The notes under the pieces were generated by a model. The model worked only from the letters and a program-made list of their open reading frames with translations, was not told where the DNA came from and searched no databases. From Parasitella parasitica NRRL 2501 (Eukaryota; Fungi; Mucoromycota), in assembly GCA_025201805.1 (NCBI GenBank), contig MU619310.1:64767-128766 (forward strand): 64,000 nucleotides of DNA. The letters are read 5' to 3'. Position numbers and translations under genes: made by a program. Shown in pieces: positions 1 to 11,634 of this stretch. The first letter of the stretch is position 1. Each line of letters opens with the position of its first letter.

Positions 1-728
1 CTTTATTCGATGACCATATCAACGACCTAGACTTTTTTACGACTTTGGAGAAGGAATGTCAAGAATCGCCCATCCCTCTGCTTACAACGATTGCACTCTA
101 CAACGAGTATCTCATCATGGCCAAGTCCTACATCCCCAAAAACCCTGCAGAAGCACAGTTAGACACGGAAGAATTAATCAGGAAATTCAAGCAAATGCAG
201 TACACCACCAAGCACGGCATGAGAGATAGACAAGATCCTTCCACAGACACCTATAAACACGATGATCGTTCCCGCTTCTGGTTCAAGGTGATTGAAAAGG
301 TTAAATATTTCAAAAAGCACCATCAACAGCAGTTTTCAGACGAGGAATTGGAGCAGTCGGATGAAGAATACTTTACGCAATTCATCAGAGCGCTGAATCC
401 ATCAAAGATTGATTTTAATATGCCTCTTATACACACATCTGTGAAATCAGCATTGAATATAGTGCGCATTGTGCAGTTCCTAGTGTCGCATGATTGTGGC
501 TGTTTCTTGGATCTGCGATGGATCATGAATGCTTGGGAAGTTCTTTTGAGAGCTGCTAGATTTAGATATCAACAGCCAGACGACGAGGCTGTTACACTGG
601 ACCGTATTCGTGCCAACTTGATCCTGTGCTTGGATATCGTCAAGGAGCAGCTGGAATCGTACAATCGCGATCCAGAAGGTGAATTCATGCTGGAAATGGA
701 TCAACAATTTAAGCAGCTATTTGTATAG
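1..728 (+). CDS. 3' part of a hypothetical protein gene (open from the window edge)
   Basis: Frame 3 is open from base 3 to TAG at 726-728 and is followed by a T-rich 3' region. No recognisable motif. Confidence 0.55.
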   Translation, partial: LFDDHINDLDFFTTLEKECQESPIPLLTTIALYNEYLIMAKSYIPKNPAEAQLDTEELIRKFKQMQYTTKHGMRDRQDPSTDTYKHDDRSRFWFKVIEKVKYFKKHHQQQFSDEELEQSDEEYFTQFIRALNPSKIDFNMPLIHTSVKSALNIVRIVQFLVSHDCGCFLDLRWIMNAWEVLLRAARFRYQQPDDEAVTLDRIRANLILCLDIVKEQLESYNRDPEGEFMLEMDQQFKQLFV

Positions 729-823
729 CTTTTTTTTTTTAATGTTTGTAATATAAATTTCATTTTGTCTGTAAATAAATGCACTTTCATATCAGTATCT
801 TGTATCTAGAAGGGTATTTTTTT

Positions 824-2407
824 TTAACGCTTGATGAATTCAATAGTGGATCCTTTTGTCTCTGTTCTGCCTGTCCATGACCAGATACTGGTGGTCGATT
901 CAGTTTTCTCTGCAGCATCTCCGCCTTCAAGTCGGTATTGCTTGACAAGCTGGATTAATGTAGCCACCAAAAAATCTTGGCTTGCTTTGGATGCGATGCA
1001 GGCACGACGACCGGCACCAAATGCTAAATGGTCGCTAGCAGGCTTATTATCATTCTCCAGAAGGGGGCTCGTCATCTTTGGAGGCTGTAAGAAGCGAGTG
1101 GGATTAAAGCTTTGGGGCTCGGAATAGTATCTACTATCACTGTGAATGGCATGTACGTTCAATACAATTTCCGTGTCTGTATCCACGCGATAAAGAGAAT
1201 TGTTCCATTCCAAGTCATAATCTGTACGAGGGCCATAGCTGAGAATACGATTGGGTGTATCGCAGCGCAGACTCTCGTTGACGAAAGCGTAAGCCAGCGT
1301 CTTGTCTTCACTTGTAGTCTCTTGCTGGAGTCTTTCTTGAAGTTTGGGCTCGGTTGCCAATCGCTGGATCAGTGTAAATAGCGCAGAAGCCAGGTAGGTG
1401 TAAGCGTGCATGATCATATGCACGGCATTGACCAGGATTTCGTCTTTGGAGAGCTGAACAGGCTCAGGATCGTTTTTAGAAGGCTCAATGTTTAATAGGC
1501 TCTTGGTGATTGAATCCAGTTGTTCATTACTTGCCCATTGTTTGGCTTGCTCTTGGCTCAGAGGCACATCATCGTCTCTTAGTCTATACACTTGCTCAAA
1601 CCAAGGAAGCACCACCTCCAAAACCTGGTTGTGTGCATCTAAATCTCGAGAATCTAGGGCACATAAACTCTTGACATCCAACCAACCATTAATAGCTGGG
1701 AAAAACTGGGCCATACGATTATACTTGCGCGTTTGTCTCGTCTCCAGAGCATGGCATTTTTGGATCAAGGTCATTATAGCAACTGGGTCTCTTTTGATCT
1801 TGCTGGGACCCAGTACCATGGTCAAAGCCGAGTCCATAGTGATCATATCCACCAGTTGGCGCAATTGCTCGGCAGTCAACTTGCCGCTTCCTTCTTCAAG
1901 CGCAATTCCATACACCAATCTCATTGCTTGCTCCTTGAATAGTTTTGAAAACTGAGGTGCATACATTTTGCCCACCACAATGTAAGTTGCTCTTCTGATC
2001 CTCGACCAATATTTGTCAAATGGAGCAGCAAAGACAGTCTTGGATTGGTCTGTCTGCAATCTCTCATATGTGTCGGAGGGCATACGAGATGAATTGAGCT
2101 GCTCTTTTTCAACCAACACTTTGTGCACCAAATCAGCGCTGTTTAGCACCACAATTCGCTTGAGGCCTAATCGGACCGAGAATAGGTCTCCTAGTTGTCT
2201 AGACCAGCAAGTCAATGCATAGTATGTATCTTGCTCAAACTCTTTGTAGCCACCGCTGAACCACGACAGACCTTGAGGGTTGGGTGGCCATGGACTCTTG
2301 GGTGTGCCGTCCATCTTTTTATTGTGCCATATTAACTTCTGCCCCACTTTGGATATAATAAAAGTGATGGCTATAGAAGCAATGTAAGAAATAACAGTTC
2401 CCATCAT
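824..2407 (-). CDS. Cytochrome P450, intronless, atypical I-helix
   Basis: N-terminal TM anchor and proline-rich hinge (PWPPNP). ExxR (ESLR), PxRF (NPTRF) and heme motif FGAGRRAC are present. Confidence 0.93.
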   Translation of the reverse strand: MMGTVISYIASIAITFIISKVGQKLIWHNKKMDGTPKSPWPPNPQGLSWFSGGYKEFEQDTYYALTCWSRQLGDLFSVRLGLKRIVVLNSADLVHKVLVEKEQLNSSRMPSDTYERLQTDQSKTVFAAPFDKYWSRIRRATYIVVGKMYAPQFSKLFKEQAMRLVYGIALEEGSGKLTAEQLRQLVDMITMDSALTMVLGPSKIKRDPVAIMTLIQKCHALETRQTRKYNRMAQFFPAINGWLDVKSLCALDSRDLDAHNQVLEVVLPWFEQVYRLRDDDVPLSQEQAKQWASNEQLDSITKSLLNIEPSKNDPEPVQLSKDEILVNAVHMIMHAYTYLASALFTLIQRLATEPKLQERLQQETTSEDKTLAYAFVNESLRCDTPNRILSYGPRTDYDLEWNNSLYRVDTDTEIVLNVHAIHSDSRYYSEPQSFNPTRFLQPPKMTSPLLENDNKPASDHLAFGAGRRACIASKASQDFLVATLIQLVKQYRLEGGDAAEKTESTTSIWSWTGRTETKGSTIEFIKR

Positions 2408-2540
2408 TTATTAAAAGAGTAAAAGCAAAAGGCTGTTGTCAAACTTTTTTTTTTATTGGCTCTAGTTTGAGTTATTGTCCTAAAAAGGAGTGATTGTATT
2501 ATTTTGGAAGTCTGATCCCAAATAATCTGAATGTTAGCCT

Positions 2541-2745
2541 TGAAGATGGACAAAACAATATTTATAATTAAAACGGTCAATTAACGCATGCCTCTCTGGA
2601 AGATGTCATGTCAACTATCGACGATCCCAATATTGTCCTTGAAACTTTGGTTCATCATTCTTCTTATCTGAAGAATAAGCTTTTGGAAAAACAACCAACA
2701 GAAAGCAAAAAAGTCAATTACTTCAAAGCCAGCGAAATTTGCCTG
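2541..2745 (+). mobile_element. Relic of the 5' coding part of a Tc1/IS630-like transposase
   Basis: Close reverse-complement similarity to 34935-35137 (EDGQNNIYN...EDVMS.IDDPNIVLETLV.HSSY), which belongs to the decayed DDE element at 34-35.4 kb. Confidence 0.75.
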
Positions 2746-3208
2746 AAAGAGGACAAACGGACGCAATAGGATTAAACTCTCGGGACACGTTTAAAATGTA
2801 TAAAAAAAAATTATTTCAAAATAGTGGAATCATTTGATTGGATCAATTAGTTTACATGCCAAGTATGTAGAGCTTTGAGGTAAGGCCGTTTAACACCTAG
2901 CTGTCGAAGAAAGAGAACCCGAGTAAACTGTCATCTTCAATAAATGTTGAATTGACCAGGAGAGAGCCAAAGTTTATTGTCATGTTGCAGCGCCAATGAG
3001 AATTCCACGAAGCTAAAAAGGTAGAGCCGAGCAACTCTAGAACGGTTGTATCTGAACGAGTACTATCTTAATGCCTTGAGACTTGCTAGACTAAAGGAAA
3101 GATCATTTTCATTCGAGCCTGAAGAGAATACAGTTAGAATTGATAACATGCATTATCATATGATTGGTACTTAGCTTTTGTTATGTGGCGTTATTGGGGT
3201 GGAAGACA

Positions 3209-3579
3209 CTCTGCATTCCTACCCAAATTGTTGAAAAGAGGATAAAAACGACATCATCCTTTGCCTATGTTAAAGGATAGTGCGAAATCTAATCCACATA
3301 AACAAAGGGGGACTTGGCAGAGGGCACGCCCTTGCTTCAAACTATTATCTTTGTTGAAAGTATATAATTTTATAGCAATTTCGTTGTCTTCCGAAATGGT
3401 AACTCTGCATTCGTACCCAAATTGTTGAAAAGAGGATAAAAACGACATCAACCTTTGCCTATGTTAAAGGATAGTGCGAAATCTAATCCACATAAACAAA
3501 GGGGGACTTGGCAGAGGGCACGCCCTTGCTTCAAACTATTATCTTTGTTGAAAGTATATAATTTTATAGCAACTTCGTT
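3209..3579. repeat. Tandem duplication, ~194-bp period, two near-identical ~175-bp units
   Basis: ctctgcattc.tacccaaattgttgaaaagag...ttttatagcaa.ttcgtt occurs at ~3209-3385 and ~3403-3579. Confidence 0.95.
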
Positions 3580-3736
3580 AACCATTGCTTCCCAATAACG
3601 TCAAAGAATAAGAATGGAAGATAAGAGAAAAAAAAAAATTTATTGACGTATTTCGATGCGATGCGTCACTCATTTGCACAGTCAATTAATTTTTGTAATT
3701 GAGCGCATAACTTTTTACTTTTCATCATCAGCCAAC

Positions 3737-5442
3737 ATGCCGCCTCAAACAAAATCTAAACACACGAGAGTCTATGGACTCCAGAAGAATTACAAGTACA
3801 AAAGCTGGCTAGACTCGGTGTTGAATAACCCCAAGCCGAGTCTTGACTATTTCAAATTTGCAGACACCTTCAAAAGTAATCAATTTGTGACCAATTGCCA
3901 TTATAAAGATTTATTACAGACATTATCAAATGGTCAGAGTAATAAGCTTACGAAGATCGTCTCTATTGCCAAATCATTATTTGATGTTAGTATATATTAT
4001 TTAAGTGCGATACATGCTGCAAATATTAATAAACTTTTAGGTACGAAATGATGTGAAGTCTGAATTTGGAGAAAAATATGCTACGTATTGGGAGCAAAGG
4101 GACGAATCAGATATGCAAAGAACTCTGAGGATCCAAAATCAACGAACAATAAAACGTCTCAACCAAATCACAAACAATGAAATAGTAAGACTTGCTGAAC
4201 AGGTTCGTATTATTTTTATACATCAATGTGCGTCAATCCATAGCAGTTCAACTCATTAATCTCATGAACTACTTAGGCCCACAACTTGGATACAGTTCCT
4301 AATGAGACAGCCGGAAATTCAGGAGAAGTCAACGAGTCAGAAGAAGAAAATTGGACTGAAAGCGGTGCTGAAAGTGATGCCGAAAGTGGTACTGAGGTTG
4401 CATTACGACTGACGGCAAATCTCGCATCTGACGAGTAAGCATTTTTTAGTGCTAACATATTCGCTCATTTGCAGAACTAATATTGTAAATCGAGTAGAGT
4501 TGGCAGATTACAAATTATTGATTTATCATCAACAACGGCTCTGGATATACTGAAATTAGAGATCCCAATTGATCAATTTAACGCAATAATTGAGGCGGCC
4601 AATATGGATCCGGCACCAATGTCCGCTTATGCCAGTGAGCTTAGCAATGCCCTCGATAAAGCGCCATTATCAACACGTGCATTACGCGAAACACTATATG
4701 ATGTTGGATATCGTAAAGACTTTGATCTCGTCGCCCATGATGACGCTAATTTTATGGAAATAACGATACGGTACTTGTAAGTAGCCCAAAAAGGGTCCTT
4801 TAATTGGCAAATTGGTTATATTTACATATCGCTAATCCGCACATCTGCAGCTTGGATCTAATGAGCTCTCCGAATAGCCCCTTGAACAAGATTATGCTCG
4901 AGAGAACTGCAGCTAGTTATCTGATAATCTACCTTGTAAACCAATTGTTCATTGCCAATAATGATGTGATTGAACTAGGATGGCTCGAAAGAGAATTTTT
5001 TTCTACTGATCGAAGCAAATTTGATGGAGTTCTCTTCAAGGTTGGAAAGAAATCGATTAGCCCAGGTCTTATCGAATTTTCAGGAGGGATCAATGACAAA
5101 ACCCCATCTCGAAAAAATTCAAAAGACATTGAAAAGCTGTATAGCAGTATGATCAAAGTTATGAAGGATGCTAAAACTAATCGAATATTTTGCATGAGAT
5201 GTTATGGTAATGCAGCATCATATGTCTCCAGCTTATGCTAAATTCCCTTTTTTTTTTTTGTAATAGGTCGCTATATCTACTTCGAAAAGCTCCTTATATT
5301 TGATAATACGATGTATAGAAAAATCGACGCAACCATGGAGATCCCCAATACGCCAAGAAAACTAAAAGCATTCATCAAAGAGATTCCATCGATCCTTGCG
5401 TGGAAAGAGGCTGTAACAAACCATGTTCTTAATTTGAATTAG
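3737..5442 (+). CDS. Putative PD-(D/E)xK (restriction-endonuclease-fold) protein, 6 exons, ~459 aa
   Basis: Exons 3737-3985, 4041-4202, 4277-4434, ~4498-4776, 4851-5206 and 5267-5442 splice at GT-AG into one open frame. The C-terminus carries ER...KFDGVLF...LIEFSGG...KDIEKL, typical of Mucoromycota REase-like (Crinkler-type REase) proteins. Confidence 0.72.
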
Positions 5443-5624
5443 TTTATTTGTATATCCATCAGTTATGTAGCTTTAAAAATATAAAGAAATAAAGAAATAA
5501 AGCCATTCCATACCATTATTTATACTTGTAATTATTTTGACCAGAAGTTGGTCAAATTATTTGCAAAACAGTGGGCAGTTTATTCTCAAAAAGTTGGGCA
5601 AACCAGCTTCAAACATTTGATCAA

Positions 5625-8600
5625 TCCTGACTACCCACACAAGGCCCAATTCAAGTTATTGGACTCCCATTGTGGCATAGTAATCCTCAACAAAAAATAT
5701 TCACTTCAAGTTTTACAAGATGGTATCGACAATGGTCGATTTATCTTCGCTAATATCCAGCTAACTTCAACAGTACAACCCGAGATTGACTCAATATCAC
5801 CTTCGCCTACCATCATTGCTACTATTCTTAATATTTACGGACGATCTAGAGAGCACTCTGATCGATTTGCCTTTTACACAATCTTATTGGAGGTGCCTCT
5901 CATATCCAGCACTCTCCACAACACAAACATTCCTGTCCTCATTATGGGAGACTTTAATTACAGCTATGAAAAACATCGCCGAGAGGATGGTACATTAACA
6001 TCTGCTCCTGTAGCCTGGGTATTCCTACTAGATACCTTATACGTCGACTGTTTTCAAGACCAAAAACAAATCACCTGGAAATCAAAAGAATCTTCTTCGA
6101 TCCTTGACTTTATATTCTGCAGTAGCGCTGATTACTATAAAATTCACAATACGAAGCAGCGTTTCCTCTCCTCAAATTGGACTGATCATGTTATTCTTGG
6201 ACTCTCATTCAAATATATTGACCACCAGAGCAGTGGACCAGGAGCTTGGAAAGCCAATCCCTTTCTTGCTCGCAGCAAGGATTACCGCTCAGCTTTAGCA
6301 GCTCATCTTAACTCTCAAATGGCAGCCTTCACAGTGTTCAATCCTTTTCGACGGCTCAACAATCCTGGGATTGGGTTAAATCAGAGGTCAAACTCTTCAC
6401 CAAATCTTATCAAGTGGAAGACAATAGCTGGCGACGAAAACAAATTAGACAACTGCAGAAGAAACGCAACAAAATGTATCGATTTCGGAAAACTAAAGGA
6501 TTATACTTTAGTATCCTTGATACTATTGAGGAACAAATAGGCGCCTTACAAGAATAACTGGCAGAAATCGAGATACTTAAAGCAGGCAAACATTGACGAG
6601 AACAGGGAGAGACATCTGCAGATATTAAGCGTTCTGTTGCTATTCGGGATCACCAACGAAATATAAATGCCCTTCAGGACCCTGCTACTCAAGAAGTATT
6701 TACTGATCAAGCAACCATGCAAACGATTGCCTCTTCCTTCTACACACAACTTTTCACACCAGATCCACTTGATTATGTTGCTTTAGAAGAACTCTTTTTA
6801 TCCATTCCTTCTTCATTGAAGCTTATGCGTAATGATCGTGACCTATTACTTGCAACTATCGATTTTGAAGATAAATTAAAGGGTTGCAAATTGGCTCCTC
6901 GACAACTTGGTTGTTCGATTCCACCGTATAAGGATCTAATTACTACTGCATTCAATGATGCTCTTAATAGCCGCATATTTTCAGATTCCTGAAATGAATC
7001 CATAATGACCCTACTGGAGAAAAAGGGGATTCCACTGACATGAAGAACTACCGGCCTCTGAGTCTTGCTAATTGCGACTGCAAATACTTCACACAGCTAC
7101 TCAACAAACAAATGATGGACGCCTCCGCCAAGCTGGTCAACAGTAATCAAATAGGCTTCGTCCCCGGCAAGTACATTGCTGAAAATGGTCTCCGTTGTCA
7201 ACTAATTATGGAGAATGCTCAACTGAAATATGATCTTGCTGAACAACAATCAACAACAGAACATCTCTCAAATGACGTAAGCTTACTGCTTGACCAGGAA
7301 AAAGCATATGATCGCGTTAATCTAACGTACTTCAAACTGGTTCTGCGCCATTATAATTTTCCTGAAAGCATAATTCATTGTATCCACAATCTCATGGCAT
7401 CAAATAAGATTCGCGTCAATTTCAATGGCTATTTTACAGAAGAAGTTCATAAATGTCGAGGCTTCAAACAGGGCGATCCTCTTCCTGTATATGCTATCTT
7501 CAAGCTATTCTACGGGATAATGATTATACTGGCTATAACTTTGGCAAAATCAACAACGAGCAGTCCACCACGCAATCCAACGATATCAACACTCGACTTC
7601 TCTGCTACGCATATGATGCTTTAGTGTTTGTTCACGATCACACTGACCTTCGCCTACTTCGATACTACATGGATCTATTTTTGCAGGGCATCCAATACCA
7701 AGTTCAATTTTAGCAAAGTTGAAGCATTCTCACTCTCTGGCCGAGATTCTTGAAACTTTTGACGTTGACCACTCGAAGCTATGCATATCCATCACCTCCA
7801 TTCAAAGAAAGACGATATGCCATTGATCTATCTAGGCTTTCCGCTCATTCAAAGCAAAACCCAACGTGTCACAATCGTCTCCAAATTGAGAGTAGCAGCT
7901 CAGCTGCATTCAACTCGCTCTTTGCCTGTACTGGGTAGGGCAACGGTCATCAATACGCTGATTTTGTCCAAATGTTGGTATATTCTTCGCGCTACTCCTC
8001 TTACTCAACAGGACCTCCAAAAGATCACTAGTGTAGCTATCCAATTCCTCAAACGGGGCATCTTTCCACTACTCCCATGAAGTACCTGGACTCTCCCCAA
8101 AGCTAAAGGTGGACTTGGAGTACTCAATATTACTGCCCAATACTCGGCTTTATACTTTCGCTGGATATAACCTCTTTTAACAAATCCCTCTCATTCGACG
8201 ACAATATATCCTTTGCATAGTATACTGATTCATTATGTCAACAACATCAATCGTTCTAAACATCATCAAATTCCGCTGCTACTGCCCTCTTCCAGAAGAA
8301 GTTTCACTAGGAAAGGACGGGTTGCCACTATCGATATTCTATATCGTAGCATTGACTCAATCCCACGAAGCTATGGCTCTGTCCAGATCAATCATTCCAC
8401 TGCTCTGCATTTACCGTTACAAACTGTCTTCTTTACACGTCCTCATAGTCCATTTCGGATCCCTCCAAAGATCAAGGACATGACAGTCTCTGATGTGCTT
8501 CAATACAATGCTGATAGGCAATTTCTGAATTGAAGGGATACCCAAGATTCTACTCTTCTTCATTGGAAACTGGCTCGTGCTAAACTCTTTCGTGGCATTC

Positions 8601-9520
8601 ACAGTCTGGAGACTTACAATTGCAACCTTTCTTTCAATCATTGTGCTATCCGTGTGATTTATCCAACTCAACGTCAGGATCTTCATCAACAATTGACTTC
8701 AATTCCCTTTGCATTACAATTAAAATTCTCTTACGGGGCGACTGTCCTCTCCAAGATTTCCACCAAAACATTTCGTCAGGCTTGTTCTGATACTTTTGTG
8801 CCTACCTGTCTATCATCAATTAGTTCTGACTCCTGGACACTGTTCTGGGCTTTAGCCTTAACTATGCTACAGAGAAATGCAGTCTACCGGTTTATCAAAA
8901 ACAAAATCCCACATAAGTCTCTTCTACATCGACTGTTTCTGGGACAGCACCCTTCCCCACTATGTGCTATTTGCTTACTAACTGTTGATTCTCCTTCGCA
9001 TTTTCTCTTCTATTGTCCAGCCAAAGCCAACATTTGGCAGGCTGTTGTTTTCGAATTCTTTTGGCCAACAGTATCTATTGATGATATCATTCAAGCTATT
9101 CGCTCTTTTGATTTATATGACATTAGCTACAGACAATCAAGTGCTGCACCTGCGCCTCTCATAGTTTTCATAGCCTTGGTTAACATCTGGAGAGCTAACT
9201 TTCGCTTTATCTTTGATGGCACTCCTTTCACTACAGCCGTGGCTCTAGCCAACATCCGAATCGATGTTTTAAAACGCATTGAGGAAGATTCAGTCCATTC
9301 CGTTCTGTAGCATGCTAGTAGGGTCATCGTTCTAGCGTCCTTATTTTATTATTATCTTTTACTTCATATATTTTATCCCGTTATTTATTATCTCGTGATC
9401 TCTATTCCTCAGTATTATTTTAACTCCGTCTGACTGCTGTGCATTAAGGATGTTTTTTACTCCAAATTCTGATGCTTTACACGGAGCAATCAATAGTTTT
9501 TTTTTTCTTAAAAAAAAAAG
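5625..9520 (+). mobile_element. Decayed, 5'-truncated L1/Tx1-like non-LTR retrotransposon (ORF2: APE endonuclease, RT, C-terminal zinc finger)
   Basis: APE motifs LNIY, IMGDFN, LDFIF and WTDH. RT motifs NYRPLSL, DQEKAYDRV, GFKQGDP, CYAYD (degenerate YADD) and YLGFP. Zinc finger CAIC...HFLFYC. Several frameshifts and stops; A-rich tract at ~9510-9520. Confidence 0.92.
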
Positions 9521-10412
9521 GTCAGGTAGAGGTTTTCTCATACCTTTATCATTTTGACACGCTTCAAGTGGAATATTGTACTTTTTTCAATTTCGGCGGG
9601 TACTCTCAACTTGTACTACACAACCAGAGGAAAGTTTGTTATTTGCGTTAAGATTATCCTGTGCGTTGCAACCATTGATTATTGTCACATGGCATCAAAA
9701 GTAAGCGCCATCTTGTTATTTTTTTTTAAACAAAGGAAATAATTTTGCAAGTCGTTGGATGTCTTTAGCCTGCATAAGTAAATGAACAAGACAACAACTT
9801 TTTTCAAGGAGCAAGGCCAATACATCCATACCAGTAACATGCTCTCTTTTTTATTTTTTGGTCAAAAGTGAATTTTTATTTTGGATGAAATACTTGGGAA
9901 AAGATAACATAAAGCGATAACATTTACGTTAGCACCGATCCTAGAAGGTTTCAGCATGTCTAACCCAACCTTGGCAGCCCTTAACAGTGACTGATCCGCA
10001 AGCTGCAGGAAGGCGAGATGTCAAAATATCTGCTCTATCAGGTGGGGGTTCTCTTGATGTTGCTCGTTATTTTTGGCCAGCATTCTTCGATCAAGTTCGG
10101 AAAAGGAGAGAAAGGGGGCATGAACAAAGGTTTATACTCATAGCATCAACAAATGCAGATGTCAATATTGGCCTGAAATTCAATTGACTTTGTGGCCGTA
10201 AACTGACTCGTAACTTGATAACTTTTCTGTATAAGCTAAACATTCAAGAAGTGCGTGATACCGTTTCATGTTCCTTAAAGATCACCTGCATTTGCTTGTA
10301 AGTTTAATGTGATTTTTTGGTAATTTTTTTTTTGGTGCAACCTGAAATTCGCCCCACACATTTTATTGATTCAAGTTGGGAGAGAGAGTATTATTTCTTT
10401 CGTTTTCAACAG

Positions 10413-11634
10413 ATGAAACAACCGTTTACTCTTTTTGAAAAGGGCCACGTTCAAGTGGGTCACAATCGACAATCTGCACCTATTAAATTATACTATGAAA
10501 TGCATGGAAATGGCCCTGAGCATGTTTTACTTGTCATGGGTAAGTTTCATGCTAACTCGACTGTGATTTCTGCTAATTTTAGCGTCAAAAGGGCTAAGTA
10601 CGCCTTGCAGTGCCTGGGATCATCAGGTACAGCACACATGTATATTACTTGACCAATGTATATTGATCTGGTGTGCTTTTTTTTTTTTTTTGGTAGACGA
10701 AATACTTGGCAGAAAGTGGAGATTATACAGTCATCGTATTTGATAATCGGGGCATGGGGTTTTCTGGTATATACCAAGTGTCTAAAATGAGATTTTTTTT
10801 TACACCTAATTAACAAGGTTTATATAGACGCGCCACTTGGTCTATATTCGTAAAGTATATATTAGTATAGTTGTGCACTTGTACTAACCATTGCAAACGC
10901 AGAACTTCTCAAATGGCTGTCGACGCACTGGAATTATTAGATCATTTCGACTGGAAAAGCAATGTTCATCTTGTTGGCATTTCGATGGGTGGCATGATCT
11001 CATTGGAAATGGCAGATGCTGATCCACATCGATTCCAATCACTGACATTAACAAGCACAACAGCCAGAAGAAATCTACCTACAGTAAGGCACCGCTTGTT
11101 CTTGTTATTCAAAGCATCTAAGCTGTGTATTTTGTATAGTGGACGGCTATATCTACACTTTCTAAAATTGCTTTATTCTATCGAGATCCTAAAGACCAGC
11201 TGAACGCTGCCATTGAGCTGGTCTACCCCAAAGCATGGCTTGATCAAAAGCCGCTGGTTCAGTCTGAATTTGATTCCAACAGAGAGCTGGCCATCCATGG
11301 ATTTATTAGCCACATTACTAGATCTCGCCGTCAACCGTTGCATGGCAACCTAGGCCAAACGGCTGCCTGCCTGCGCCACCATGTCTCGGATGAGCGTCTT
11401 TTCAATATCAAAGCAAGTGGTCTGCCAATCATGATCGTCACAGGCACATTTGATAATTTAGTAAGGCCCGAATACTCTTATCATATGAAAAAAGTGCTGC
11501 AGGAAGCGGCAAGGTTCGAGTTGTTTGAAGGAAGCGGCCATGCCATTCCTGAAGAGCAGCCGGCTAGATACAATTATTTATTGGTTGATCATTTCAATAC
11601 GTCTAATAAAAAGAGAAGGCCAGCTAGACTTTAG
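10413..11634 (+). CDS. Alpha/beta hydrolase (multi-exon) with C-terminal PTS1-like ARL
   Basis: YYEMHGNG, FDNRGMG, nucleophile elbow GISMGG, acid GTFD and catalytic His GSGH are spread over several short GT-AG exons. Confidence 0.85.

Noticed and set aside
5625-9520. LINE as a pericentromeric Grem-LINE1 or centromere marker
   Set aside because: It is a single decayed copy in a gene-dense region, with no long gene-free AT-rich core.
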